A DNA stretch of 48,492 bases from Candidatus Moraniibacteriota bacterium (GCA_903893925.1 CAITOC010000047.1:1-48492); one strand, 5' to 3'. Counted from the first letter of the stretch, positions 37,105-46,838 are shown. Made by a program: numbers and translations. The notes: generated by a model not told the origin, from the sequence alone.

Positions 37105-37650
37105 ATGGAAACTGACAGAGTCGCAGCTTCGCTTCTTGATTATAAGGAAACGAGCTATATTGCACCGGTTGCATTGACATTCATTCCAGAGAGAGTCACG
37201 TCACATATTCCAATTGATTTTTATCAAACCCTTCATGATAATCATCTCTGCTTTCCTTTCCAGGATCGGTTTGATCTTGATGCATTGAGGATTCCGATAC
37301 TATCGACTACGGAACGTCCCTACGTTTGGTTTTTTCTCAAGAAGGTCCCGATGGTCAATGATATTCGTTTTATATTGCCAAAAGTTTTACGACAGAAATG
37401 CGTTTCACCTCTTGGAGATATAGAAGACCTTCTCAATTTGTATCCATATGGAGAGCCGGGATTTTTTACGCTGGATTATGGTAAAATAAAAATCTGGTTT
37501 TTTTACGAAGGAGTTGGCGGTGAGATCTTTGAAGCGTATTTCAGTTGGGATTATATTCTTCATCGTTGGCGAATTGATGATAGTCGGCAAAATCACAGCC
37601 CATTTCGGTTCAACGTAGGGAATTATATTCTTTCACCATGTTATGTGTGA
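37105..37650 (+). CDS. Hypothetical protein (AT-rich gene)
   Basis: 181-aa ORF with AGGAG RBS, promoter and terminator. No motif recognised. Confidence 0.7.
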   Translation: METDRVAASLLDYKETSYIAPVALTFIPERVTSHIPIDFYQTLHDNHLCFPFQDRFDLDALRIPILSTTERPYVWFFLKKVPMVNDIRFILPKVLRQKCVSPLGDIEDLLNLYPYGEPGFFTLDYGKIKIWFFYEGVGGEIFEAYFSWDYILHRWRIDDSRQNHSPFRFNVGNYILSPCYV

Positions 37651-37664
37651 ATCGACGCATACCG

Positions 37665-37708
37665 AAAAAAAGCCCTTTGACTGCGAGTCAGAGGGCCTTT
37701 TTCTTTTT
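37665..37708. terminator. Bidirectional intrinsic terminator
   Basis: aaaaaaa-gccctttgact-gcg-agtcagagggc-ctttttcttttt between convergent genes. Confidence 0.8.
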
Positions 37709-37791
37709 CTGCATGATCCTATCCTGTTTCCGTGCCTTGTTTTACCAAATTTTCATTAGCTTTTGTATTCGTAATTCATTATTCCGAAAAT

Positions 37792-39297
37792 CTAGTACAT
37801 GATCACCGCCACCGGCTGCAGCTTGGCGACGGGATGGACGATATCATTACGTACGACGCTTTCGATGACGGCGTCGGCGTTCTTGTAGTGGGCGCTGTCC
37901 TGTTCGATGACCTTGGATGACCGGCCGTTGTAGAGGTGCACGCCACGGGTCGAAAGTTTGGCATCGAGCTCCTCACGGCTTGTGGGCACGACGGATTCGG
38001 CTGCCACCTTCGGCTTGCCAGCCCCATGGTTGCATGAGAAGAACGAGGATTCATTGCCGTCGGTACCCACGCAGAGGTACCCATCGGTCGACATGGAGGT
38101 CGGGATGAAAGCCGGCTCGCCGGTCTCACGGAAGGTTGGATGATCGGCCATTCGGGTCGGTCCGTACGCGCGGCTCGTGCCATTGCGATGGATCCAGGCG
38201 CTCTTGCCGTAGTGCTCCTCCTCGGAGACGAGGATATGCGGCATGTCATAGACAAGTTCGAAACCGGGATCACGGCCGAGGACCTCTTTGATCGTTTCGG
38301 ACACATTGTGTGCGATGATGGCACGGTTGGCGTGGGCGAAGTTCGAGCAGGCATTTCGAGCTTCCATATACATCTTCCCATCCTCTCCGTCGCCATCGAA
38401 GGTGAAGAGTTCTTCCTTGGCACCGAAATCGAAGTCTTTGATCTTTTGGGCGATGCCGTCGATGACATGCTGGCGCTTGGTGAAGAATGTCATCCGGCCG
38501 AGCCAGGCCATGAAGGCCTGTGAAAGGTGCTCACGTTTCTTGGCGGTATACATATACATCGTATACTGGCCGAGAATGCCGGAGCCGCAATGGACCATAA
38601 ACACATATTGGCCCTTCCGTATGCCAAGTTTCTCGGCAAGTACCGGATCCGGCAGATCGGACACTTTCATGAGGTCGAGGAAATGGTTGCCGGCGGCACC
38701 GAGGATACCGGAACGGAACTTTGCGAAGAACAGGAAGAGTCGCGGGATAACCTCGTAGATTTTTTGTTTGGAAACCTCTTCGCCGAAAAAGTTTCCGCGA
38801 TCAAGGGAGTTCTCTTTCTCGTACTTCGTCTCGATGCCGAGGTACTCGACAGCCGCGCCGATGCCTTTGCGACAAATATCGACGATGACATGATAGGGGA
38901 GTATCGTGCCGAGGAGTGCCTTGGTAGGGACTTTATTGACGAGCGCCTTGAAGAGTTTGTCGATATCTTCTGGTGAAAGATCGTCCTCGGTCATATTTGT
39001 CCGGACGAGACGCATGCCACAGGCGGGATCGGTATCATTCACTTGCGGGAGGATGTGCTTTTCGGTAGCGACCGTGGTCCCGGTCGCGTTTTTACGGCCA
39101 GGTTTGGAATGGACATCGGCCATCGCGGCGATATGACGGAACAGACCGCTGTTGCTTGCGACGCTTTCCAGTTGTGAAAGCGTGCTGTCTGCTGGTAAGA
39201 GCTCGTCTTGGACATGAAAGACGACCGGCACCTTCATGCGGTCGGTCTTCATCTCGCTTTTGAAATCGGTGAGTTTCGTGAATTTTTCCTTAGACAT
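37792..39297 (-). CDS. rtcB: RtcB-family protein, divergent
   Basis: MADVH, DPACG, GNHF, VHCGS, PH, HRNG, FSCNHGAG and HYK. Start set at MSKEKF. Confidence 0.85.
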   Translation of the reverse strand: MSKEKFTKLTDFKSEMKTDRMKVPVVFHVQDELLPADSTLSQLESVASNSGLFRHIAAMADVHSKPGRKNATGTTVATEKHILPQVNDTDPACGMRLVRTNMTEDDLSPEDIDKLFKALVNKVPTKALLGTILPYHVIVDICRKGIGAAVEYLGIETKYEKENSLDRGNFFGEEVSKQKIYEVIPRLFLFFAKFRSGILGAAGNHFLDLMKVSDLPDPVLAEKLGIRKGQYVFMVHCGSGILGQYTMYMYTAKKREHLSQAFMAWLGRMTFFTKRQHVIDGIAQKIKDFDFGAKEELFTFDGDGEDGKMYMEARNACSNFAHANRAIIAHNVSETIKEVLGRDPGFELVYDMPHILVSEEEHYGKSAWIHRNGTSRAYGPTRMADHPTFRETGEPAFIPTSMSTDGYLCVGTDGNESSFFSCNHGAGKPKVAAESVVPTSREELDAKLSTRGVHLYNGRSSKVIEQDSAHYKNADAVIESVVRNDIVHPVAKLQPVAVIMY

Positions 39298-39419
39298 AGG
39301 CAATATCTGCAATAACAACGGAAAGATTAACACGTTTCCGTATCAAGAATACCGTAAAAATGGCATTTTGTCATGCCTTGTCATTCGTTTCGCCATGGTA
39401 CGAGCTGACGGCCGTCATT

Positions 39420-40160
39420 TCACGTCCCTTTGGTTGAAAAGTATTTTCGGTATTCTTTCAGGAATGATTCCAAAGTGACTTTGAAATCCATTCGTTGTTG
39501 TCGATCAAGATGAAGTATATTTTTAGATGACCTCAAAGCAAGTGCCTCTTCAAGAGAAGATATGCCTTTGAAATCCGGATGGTACGACTGTAACAGCTCC
39601 GGAAACAAATTTTTATTTCCGGTGACGCCTCCGCTTAGCAGAATGGCACCACTCATATTGATAATATAGTTGCACCAGTCCTGCGGTTCACGGACGAAGA
39701 TATTTTTTACCGGGTCCGGATCGGTGGCATGAGCATACTCCGCCCGCAATTCGGATCGAAGGTCTCTCTTGAGCAGCTCATGGACCTCAGGTATATCGTC
39801 GGCGATATTTTTTCCGTAGAGCAGACGGGCACGAAGCTTCAAATCAAGGAGATCAAGATTGCCGATAAATCGAGTCGCTCGGTCATTGCCAAGAATCCTG
39901 TTTTGCAGATCCGCGATCGGTCGGACTGTGCATTTGAGAGCGACGGAGTACTTTGCAGAAAGCTTTTCGAAGTTTATATTTTTCGGCGTTCGTGTCGGAT
40001 CCGCAACAAATGCGAGCAGATCGTAGTCGCTGTATCCGTCTACGATGTCATAGGTCGCATAGCTACCGACGACAAAGAGCGATACGAGAGCGTCACTGAA
40101 AGCAGACCGTACAGATCCGATAATCTCATCTTCCATCTGGCCAATCAATTCTTTGTCCAC
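39420..40160 (-). CDS. Pol-beta-superfamily nucleotidyltransferase-domain protein
   Basis: LVSLFVVGSYA...SDYDLL (GS..DxD), LLYG and a helical C-terminal domain. GTG start. Confidence 0.72.
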   Translation of the reverse strand: MDKELIGQMEDEIIGSVRSAFSDALVSLFVVGSYATYDIVDGYSDYDLLAFVADPTRTPKNINFEKLSAKYSVALKCTVRPIADLQNRILGNDRATRFIGNLDLLDLKLRARLLYGKNIADDIPEVHELLKRDLRSELRAEYAHATDPDPVKNIFVREPQDWCNYIINMSGAILLSGGVTGNKNLFPELLQSYHPDFKGISSLEEALALRSSKNILHLDRQQRMDFKVTLESFLKEYRKYFSTKGT

Positions 40161-40202
40161 AGTGAAAAAGAAAATTCGCGAAACGATTTTTGCTGACCCA
40201 GG

Positions 40203-40472
40203 CTAGTCCAAAATGCTCGTCTTGGCGACAATGCCGTAGAGGGTGTCGAGCTCGTCGGTAAGCGTATTGATGTCCGCAGCAGTACCTTCAACTATGACGG
40301 TAATGAGTCCGCCGTAGGGCGTGATACCGGCGCGTTCCAGGTGTACACCGAGCCGAGCGATGATGCGGTCGCCGTGGCGAGTCAGGATGTCATTAACTTC
40401 CTTGGCATGAGTTCCTCGTTCCTTCACGAGGATCGATACCGTCGCGATGTGGACCTTTTGTTCTTCTATCAT
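40203..40472 (-). CDS. TM1266-family (putative iron-only hydrogenase regulator, ACT-like) small protein
   Basis: IATVSILV.ER...KEVNDIL..HG..IIARLG...GLITVIVEG....INTL...L pattern. Confidence 0.72.
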   Translation of the reverse strand: MIEEQKVHIATVSILVKERGTHAKEVNDILTRHGDRIIARLGVHLERAGITPYGGLITVIVEGTAADINTLTDELDTLYGIVAKTSILD

Positions 40473-40474
40473 AC

Positions 40475-41065
40475 TTATTTTGTTATGTATTTACCTAAAA
40501 ATGAGTCGTCTGTATTTGACTGGAGTCGTTTCCGAATTTCTGAAAATGCGCGTTCCCAGTACCCCTCGCCCTCAAAGGAAAATAACTCTGGTCGTTCCCG
40601 ATACGATGCTTCCAACTGATCGATGGTGACATATTTTGCTTCGCTGACCTCGGACTCCTGAAGCACGACATTTTCAATGTTCATGCGATGTTTGATGAAA
40701 TAGATATATTTGAATTCAGCATTTCTGATTCCATTCGGATACCGTATGAGAGCGCTCGATAACAGGGGTTCCCCAAGTTGAGTTTCATGAAGGTGTATCC
40801 CGATTTCCTCATCTGTTTCCCGGATGACAGTCGATGAGATCGATTCTCCGGCAGTAACGTGGCCCGCAGCCGCAGGACTCCATCGATTCGGGTTTACGTC
40901 CTTGTCCGCGTTTCGAAGTTGTAACAGTACGAGTCCTTCATTGTCAAAGAGGAAAATATGTACGGTTCGGTGCCAGAGTCCGTCACGATGTGCCTCACTC
41001 TTCATTCTCGTGATGCCGAGTGCCGTATTGTTCTCGTCGTAGATGTCGATCAGTTCGTCGGCCAT
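40475..41065 (-). CDS. NUDIX hydrolase (IDI/YfcD-like)
   Basis: ELIDIYDEN, AH..GLWHRTVH, LLQLR...K...P..W, AAGHV.AGE......RETDEEIG and LQESEV. Confidence 0.88.
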   Translation of the reverse strand: MADELIDIYDENNTALGITRMKSEAHRDGLWHRTVHIFLFDNEGLVLLQLRNADKDVNPNRWSPAAAGHVTAGESISSTVIRETDEEIGIHLHETQLGEPLLSSALIRYPNGIRNAEFKYIYFIKHRMNIENVVLQESEVSEAKYVTIDQLEASYRERPELFSFEGEGYWERAFSEIRKRLQSNTDDSFLGKYITK

Positions 41066-41073
41066 ACATTTCG

Positions 41074-42195
41074 TTATATGATTTCATATACTTCCGCATA
41101 GCGTTGCGCCGTGATGCGCAGGTCGAAGTTTCGTTCGACGTATGTTCGCGCGGAACGACCCATCTCGGCGAGCTTCTCGCGATCTTTTTCAAGACCGTCG
41201 ACCGCGGCGAGGAACGAGTCACCGTCTCCTCGGGGGACCGTGACGGAAATCGAATCATTCGAGAACTCGCTGAAGAGAGGGATGTCCGAGAGAATGACCG
41301 GCTTGCCGCAGGCGTAGGCCTCGATGATGATGAGTGGCACGTCGAACTTGCCCTTCATGTCGACGACCGGGAACGCGATGACATCGGAGAGGTTGTACAC
41401 GCCGGGCATGTCCGCGAACGTGTCGGAGCAGTAGAATCGGTCCTCAAGTCCGGCTTCCGCGAACTTTCGCATGACGTCTCGTTTTTTCTCCTTGTCGGAC
41501 TCGTTCTTGAGACGGACGGCCCAAAAAAACCTGACGGGCGAATCGGGATAATCGCGATGATAGCGGATAATCGCGTCGGCTAGCATATCGGTCGCACCGA
41601 GTCGGGCATATTCGCCGATATAGGATACGATGAAATCACCCTCCTTGAAATCGAACCGTTTCAGCAAGGCGGGATCTTTCGGTTGCGGACTGAAATGGGT
41701 CAGATCGATACCGGGATAGATGCGTTCCACACCGGAAAAGCCCATCGTCTCGAGTCGGGCCTTCGATCGGTCGGTATAGGTGACGATCCGGTCTGCGAAC
41801 AACATCTTTTTCAGATCCGTCTCGGAATAGAGATCCTCACGCAAGGTAGCGACGGTCTGTATGGTTTTGCCACGCGTCGGCTTGAGAAATGATTTTATCG
41901 CGAAGGCATTGAGTTTCGCCGGGGTGAAGAGATAGTGCGTGATATCGAAGCGACCGCGGAATCGGAACAGGGCGAAGAAGAGCTGTATTTTGGACAGCCA
42001 ATTGAAATCTCCGGAACTGAAAACCGGTTCCTGTACGATCGATTCCGAGAGGTCGTCCAGATGGCCATGAGTCAAGATGGAGATCGGGAGCGTGGGAAGT
42101 GACTTGGCCAGGAAATAGGCGAAAATTTTGGATGCTTCGTCCCATGGGGGACAGAGCGGTCTGGTCACGAGAAGGATTCTTTTCTTGTTGATCAT
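41074..42195 (-). CDS. GT4 family glycosyltransferase
   Basis: ILLVTRP..PPWDEAS, IYPGID and FDVPLIIIEAYACGKPVILSD. Confidence 0.88.
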   Translation of the reverse strand: MINKKRILLVTRPLCPPWDEASKIFAYFLAKSLPTLPISILTHGHLDDLSESIVQEPVFSSGDFNWLSKIQLFFALFRFRGRFDITHYLFTPAKLNAFAIKSFLKPTRGKTIQTVATLREDLYSETDLKKMLFADRIVTYTDRSKARLETMGFSGVERIYPGIDLTHFSPQPKDPALLKRFDFKEGDFIVSYIGEYARLGATDMLADAIIRYHRDYPDSPVRFFWAVRLKNESDKEKKRDVMRKFAEAGLEDRFYCSDTFADMPGVYNLSDVIAFPVVDMKGKFDVPLIIIEAYACGKPVILSDIPLFSEFSNDSISVTVPRGDGDSFLAAVDGLEKDREKLAEMGRSARTYVERNFDLRITAQRYAEVYEII

Positions 42196-42275
42196 AGGAA
42201 ATTCATTCAAATCGGTTTTTCAGCTCTTTCATGTTCCGTATTTCGTCTTTTGCAATTCTCAATTCTTATTTCCAT

Positions 42276-42701
42276 CTATCGCTCCCGATAAATCTCTTTT
42301 TTCGTGCCGTCATCGGCGGAGACGGAAATGGTCGTGCGGCCTGGATCGGCCGGAATGGCCAATCGTACCGTTTCGCTTTGTCCTTTGCTAAGCGAGATGG
42401 GTGCAGTATTGAGCTCGGTGTCGTCGTGGGAAACGGTATAGGTGAATCGCGTAATGGAGGAGTGGTTGTCAATCGTGAAATCGGATGATGATGGATCTCG
42501 GGTCTCGAAGGAAAGCGTCCACCAGTTCTTCCCGAGATTCGGATCGAGGTCACGGTCTATCCGGACAAAAAGCACTCCGGAAGCGATAGCGAAGAAAAAG
42601 AGTACTATCAAAACCGTCGGGATATCTCCCGTAGCGCGTCTTTGTATGCCGGCAAGCGGTCGCTCGGATTTTTTTTCGACGGTCTTAGCGGTTTCGTTCA
42701 T
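42276..42701 (-). CDS. Single-TM protein with beta-rich (Ig-like, DUF1616-like) outer domain
   Basis: Start MNETAK overlaps the upstream stop. TM segment followed by WTLSF...FTIDNH....FTYTV. The DUF1616 resemblance is judged by eye. Confidence 0.6.
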   Translation of the reverse strand: MNETAKTVEKKSERPLAGIQRRATGDIPTVLIVLFFFAIASGVLFVRIDRDLDPNLGKNWWTLSFETRDPSSSDFTIDNHSSITRFTYTVSHDDTELNTAPISLSKGQSETVRLAIPADPGRTTISVSADDGTKKEIYRER

Positions 42702-44664
42702 AGATTTGGATGGTCGTTCCGGAATAAATGCGCGAGAAGTCGTGGGAACTCTCGAATTGTGCGGCGTCGAAGGCCGGGTTGACCGCCAGGAGATTGACAC
42801 CGACTTCGTCGAAACACGCGCGTCCTCCGTCAAGGTTTGGCATGGAAATCATCCGAAGCGTGCACTGTTCACGAGGATTCGTCTCGTCCACGTAGCGCTT
42901 GAACAGTCCGCGGGAAAGCGGATAGGCATATCCGCGCATGAAAGAGAGCTTCATCCAGGAATCCGCAGCGAGGTAGTTATGGTCTTTCAAGAAGAGATCG
43001 CCTGGTTCGGTCCGGTCGGCGAGGTATCGCGAGGCGGTGAAGACCTCGACAGCATCCTGTGCTTTCCCGGTGGAATTCGGAAGGGATGACTGGTTGTCCT
43101 GCGAACCGTTCCATGTCGCGAAAGAGAAAAGGATAAGTGCGGCGAAGAGGAAGATATTTCCTGGGAGGAACACGCTGCCAGGCTTTCCATCGGTCTTGCG
43201 GAATATGAGTGGGAACGTGGCGAGGAAGAGGCCTGCAAGGACAGAAAACGGAAAGGAAAGATAAGTCCCGATGCGGTCCGACGGAATATTGAGAAAGAGC
43301 CAGGTCGGACGGAGCGCCATGACGAGCAGAATGCCACCCCATCCGAGAACGAACGGGAAAGCAGGGGAACGACGTATCGGACGGATCGAAACGGCAATCA
43401 ACAGTGCAGCGAGGCCGAGTGCCATACGGGCGGGGCCTGTCGAGGAGGATGTTTGCAGGAAGGAGAGTCCGGTCCGGGTCGCTTTGACTGCGGTACCGAC
43501 GGCGGTCGTCACGGCGTTCGTCTCGATATAGGTCGGTTTGGCGACAAGAAAGAAAAACGCCGCGGCGAATCCGAGCGCGAGGAGCGGATATGGGGAAAGG
43601 ACGAGCCTTCCGATCTTTTGGGCCAGGCCCGGAAGCTGTCGGAAAGAAATCGCGATGAGTGAAAGGAATATGCCGGCGATGATGAAGACGAGAACAAATG
43701 TCGAGAGGTGATGCGTATAGGCGAGCGTGAGTGAGATGAGGATACCGAGTCCGAGGAAACGCGAGTCTTCTTCTATGAATGCGCGGAGGAGGGAAAGGAG
43801 AACGAGCGGAATCATCAGGTTTCCGAAGAGATTTCCGACAACGCCACCCGAGACGAATTTCGCTTCGGGAGAAGAAAGCGCAAACAGCGGTCCGGCAAAG
43901 AACAGCACGGCGAGGCCTACGGACACCGGAGAAATCGGTTCTTTGGGAAACAGGAACGAGCCAAGTCGGACGGCGAGGATGAAGGTCGAGATGACGGAGA
44001 GGATATTTATCAGGAGGAGGAAGGAGATCGGGAACCCCGAAATAAACGACACGCCGGAAAGGGTAGCGATCGCGGCGAAGGGAAGATGCTCGCCGATGAT
44101 GAAGTCGGAAATGGGCTCGGGACCCGAAAGGGCGGACTGTCCGTTTCCGACATCGATGATTTCGCGCTTGGAATAATCAGGAAGACGGCCCGTATCGGTG
44201 ATGACCTTGGACCAGTACATGTGATGTCCGAGATCGGTGGCCGTCGGGAGACCGATGTCCGCAAGGTAGAGGGTCTTGAGAAAAATCGTCAAGCCGATCA
44301 GTAGGAGAAACAACGCCCGCTCAGTCGGTGAGAATCGGATCTCTCTGTGACCGACAGCAACGGATGCCTTTTCTCTCGGGCGTCTCCATGTCTCTGGTGC
44401 GTAGCGTCCGTATGCCTGTCGAAGCAGTACGGATGTGATTGGAATGGCGAAGAATGATACGAAAAGGAACGGCGCGGAGAGTATCACGCCGGCCTTTCCG
44501 AGCGCGATCATCGAGAAGTCGAGCGATCCGATGCCGAGTACGAACGAGAACACGAACCGTTCGAGCGATAAAACCTCGAATGATCGACCGAATAATCCCC
44601 GAAACAGGATGTATCCGGAGAGAGGAATGCAACTTGCGATGAGAAGAAAGAGGAGAAACATCAT
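42685..44664 (-). CDS. Large multi-pass membrane protein, putative GT-C (DUF6541-like)
   Basis: ERF..S..LG, PTATDLGHHMYWSKVI..TG, YTHHLS and DR. About 14 TMs plus a C-terminal soluble domain. Confidence 0.6.
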   Translation of the reverse strand: MMFLLFLLIASCIPLSGYILFRGLFGRSFEVLSLERFVFSFVLGIGSLDFSMIALGKAGVILSAPFLFVSFFAIPITSVLLRQAYGRYAPETWRRPREKASVAVGHREIRFSPTERALFLLLIGLTIFLKTLYLADIGLPTATDLGHHMYWSKVITDTGRLPDYSKREIIDVGNGQSALSGPEPISDFIIGEHLPFAAIATLSGVSFISGFPISFLLLINILSVISTFILAVRLGSFLFPKEPISPVSVGLAVLFFAGPLFALSSPEAKFVSGGVVGNLFGNLMIPLVLLSLLRAFIEEDSRFLGLGILISLTLAYTHHLSTFVLVFIIAGIFLSLIAISFRQLPGLAQKIGRLVLSPYPLLALGFAAAFFFLVAKPTYIETNAVTTAVGTAVKATRTGLSFLQTSSSTGPARMALGLAALLIAVSIRPIRRSPAFPFVLGWGGILLVMALRPTWLFLNIPSDRIGTYLSFPFSVLAGLFLATFPLIFRKTDGKPGSVFLPGNIFLFAALILFSFATWNGSQDNQSSLPNSTGKAQDAVEVFTASRYLADRTEPGDLFLKDHNYLAADSWMKLSFMRGYAYPLSRGLFKRYVDETNPREQCTLRMISMPNLDGGRACFDEVGVNLLAVNPAFDAAQFESSHDFSRIYSGTTIQIYERNR

Positions 44665-44704
44665 ACGGACAGTATACGGGAAAGCATGCGGAATTCCAAC
44701 CAGG

Positions 44705-45832
44705 TCAGCGGGAGAGGTCGGCTTCGAGGGTTTCGACGTAGCGGTCCGAGAGAGTGCTCCACAGATAGTGTTTTTGGGCGAAATCCTTCGCTTTGACGCC
44801 TTCAGTCGTACGAAGAGACGGATTTCCGATCATCCGGACAATCTCGTCGACAAAGGCATCTGCATTTCCGGGATCAAGAAGGAAACCGTTTTCTCCCGGC
44901 TGTATCGCCTCGGTCAGTCCCTCGAGGTCGGAAGCGATGACAGAAAGTCCGCAGGCGTTCGCTTCGATCACATTGATACCGAATCCTTCCATCGTGCCGG
45001 GGACCTTGATGTTCGGCGACACGGCCAGGTCTGCATTGTTGAGGAGCGTGAGGATGTCTGGTCGGGAAAGATTTTTCAGGAGCCTCACATTTCCTTCGAG
45101 ACCGAGTTCCGAGACGGCTCGTTCGCAGAGCGGGAAGTAATCTTCATCGCCAGCGGTGTTGGCGGAGACGACCGCTCCGGCTGCGACGAAAAAAACTTCG
45201 TCCGGCAGACGTGGCACGACGTTTCGGATGAACCATTCGACGCCCTTATGCTTCACATATCGGCCTATCCGAACGATGACGAAGTGCTTTGACGATTCGA
45301 TGCCGAGGAGCGCGTCGAGCGCGACACGGTCGTGCGGGACGACAAGTGCGTCCGGATCGATACCGTTTTGGATGACCGTTATGCGTTCCGGGTCGATGCC
45401 GGCGAAAACGGCTTCTTGTTTCGTGAATGAACTGACGGCGAAAATCCGATCCATCGATTTCAGGGAAGGTAGGTTCAGTCCGGCATAGAGACGAGAAAGG
45501 AAGCTATGCTTCGATCCGTATGTGAGGTCGAGACCGTGGACGACGCAGGCGGTCAGTATTTTGGGACGGAACCATGAGAGGACGAATGCGATCGGCGCCA
45601 GCACTCCGTCTCCGATGAGTATGACGTCGTTCCGATACAGTCCAAAGAGTGCTTTGATGAATGCATACGGGAGGAAAAGTGGAAGAAATCCCTTGCCACG
45701 ACGGTTCGCGATGAGTGTCAGGTCGGTCTTCTTGCCGAGCCAGAACGCGAGGTCGCGATTGTGATTCTCGATGCCACCTATGATCGGCGGGTAGGCGCGC
45801 GAGATGAAGAGTATTCTCATAATTTCGCTCAC
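44705..45832 (-). CDS. GT4 family glycosyltransferase (PimB-like)
   Basis: RAYPPIIGGIE, VHGLD, AVSSFT, NGID, KHKG and EGFGINVIEA. Confidence 0.92.
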   Translation of the reverse strand: MSEIMRILFISRAYPPIIGGIENHNRDLAFWLGKKTDLTLIANRRGKGFLPLFLPYAFIKALFGLYRNDVILIGDGVLAPIAFVLSWFRPKILTACVVHGLDLTYGSKHSFLSRLYAGLNLPSLKSMDRIFAVSSFTKQEAVFAGIDPERITVIQNGIDPDALVVPHDRVALDALLGIESSKHFVIVRIGRYVKHKGVEWFIRNVVPRLPDEVFFVAAGAVVSANTAGDEDYFPLCERAVSELGLEGNVRLLKNLSRPDILTLLNNADLAVSPNIKVPGTMEGFGINVIEANACGLSVIASDLEGLTEAIQPGENGFLLDPGNADAFVDEIVRMIGNPSLRTTEGVKAKDFAQKHYLWSTLSDRYVETLEADLSR

Positions 45833-46815
45833 TTTCCTTTGTAGAGTCGCTTTTTGGTGAGGTACAGCTGTTCCTCAACCAGAAGTCTGCTGGATCTCAC
45901 CATATCGGCGAGCAACGCGAAGACGACGAACTGTAAGCCGACGACAAAAAAAATCGCGGAAAAGGAGAGGTAATTCCGATACGGAGATATTTTGAAATCC
46001 CGAAAATAAAAGAAAAGGAAGATGACAAAAAGGATGATTGAAAGACCGATCATGAACAGTCCTGGAATGCCGAAAAATTTCATGGGTCGGACATCGCGAA
46101 CCGCCTTCAGTATTATCTTGAAACCGTTCGATACGAATTTCGAAACCGACTTCGTGATTTTCGGTTTCCGGTCCGAATGATAGGTGACATTGATCGGAAT
46201 CCAGTGGAGCTTGAGATTCTTCCCTATCGCGTCGATGATCGTTTCCTGCGTATACGTGAAATTCACATTGACGAGATTGAGCCGTAAGAGCGTCTCGCGA
46301 CTATGCGCACGAAATCCGCAAGTGAGATCGTTGGTTTTCGTATTCAGAAAGAAACCGACCATCGAAGCGGCAAACCGATTCAGGAAACTGCGAATCCACG
46401 GAATGTCTTTCGCGGTGATGTTTCCGAAGCGATTTGCTATGGTCATATCACATGTTCCTTCGACCACCGGCTGAAGAAGTTCCGGAATATCCTTCGGGTC
46501 GAACTGCCCGTCGGCATCGATGTTAACCATGAAATCCGCGCCGTTCTCCAAGGAACTTTCGACGGCACGTTTGAATGCGTATGCGAGCTTCCTATTTTGC
46601 TTGTAAGAAATGATGATATCGGCACCAGCTTCCTTGGCACGGATTGCAGTCGAATCGGTAGAGCCGTCATCAACGACCTGTATCAGCTTTTCAGTAAGAA
46701 TATTTCCCGATCCGTTCCGATAAAAATCGGCCTCGAAACTTTTTCTTATCCGACCGATGGTTTCTGCAATCTTTTCTTCCTCGTTGTAGGCGGGGATATT
46801 TACGATGAGTTTCAT
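45829..46815 (-). CDS. GT2 polyprenol-phosphate glycosyltransferase (DPM1-like) with two C-terminal TMs
   Basis: IPAYNEE, VDDGSTD, IDADGQF, DLTCGFRA, FTYTQETII and RPMKFFG. Confidence 0.9.
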   Translation of the reverse strand: MKLIVNIPAYNEEEKIAETIGRIRKSFEADFYRNGSGNILTEKLIQVVDDGSTDSTAIRAKEAGADIIISYKQNRKLAYAFKRAVESSLENGADFMVNIDADGQFDPKDIPELLQPVVEGTCDMTIANRFGNITAKDIPWIRSFLNRFAASMVGFFLNTKTNDLTCGFRAHSRETLLRLNLVNVNFTYTQETIIDAIGKNLKLHWIPINVTYHSDRKPKITKSVSKFVSNGFKIILKAVRDVRPMKFFGIPGLFMIGLSIILFVIFLFFYFRDFKISPYRNYLSFSAIFFVVGLQFVVFALLADMVRSSRLLVEEQLYLTKKRLYKGK

Positions 46816-46838
46816 ATCGTGCGGATGTTAGCGGCGAG

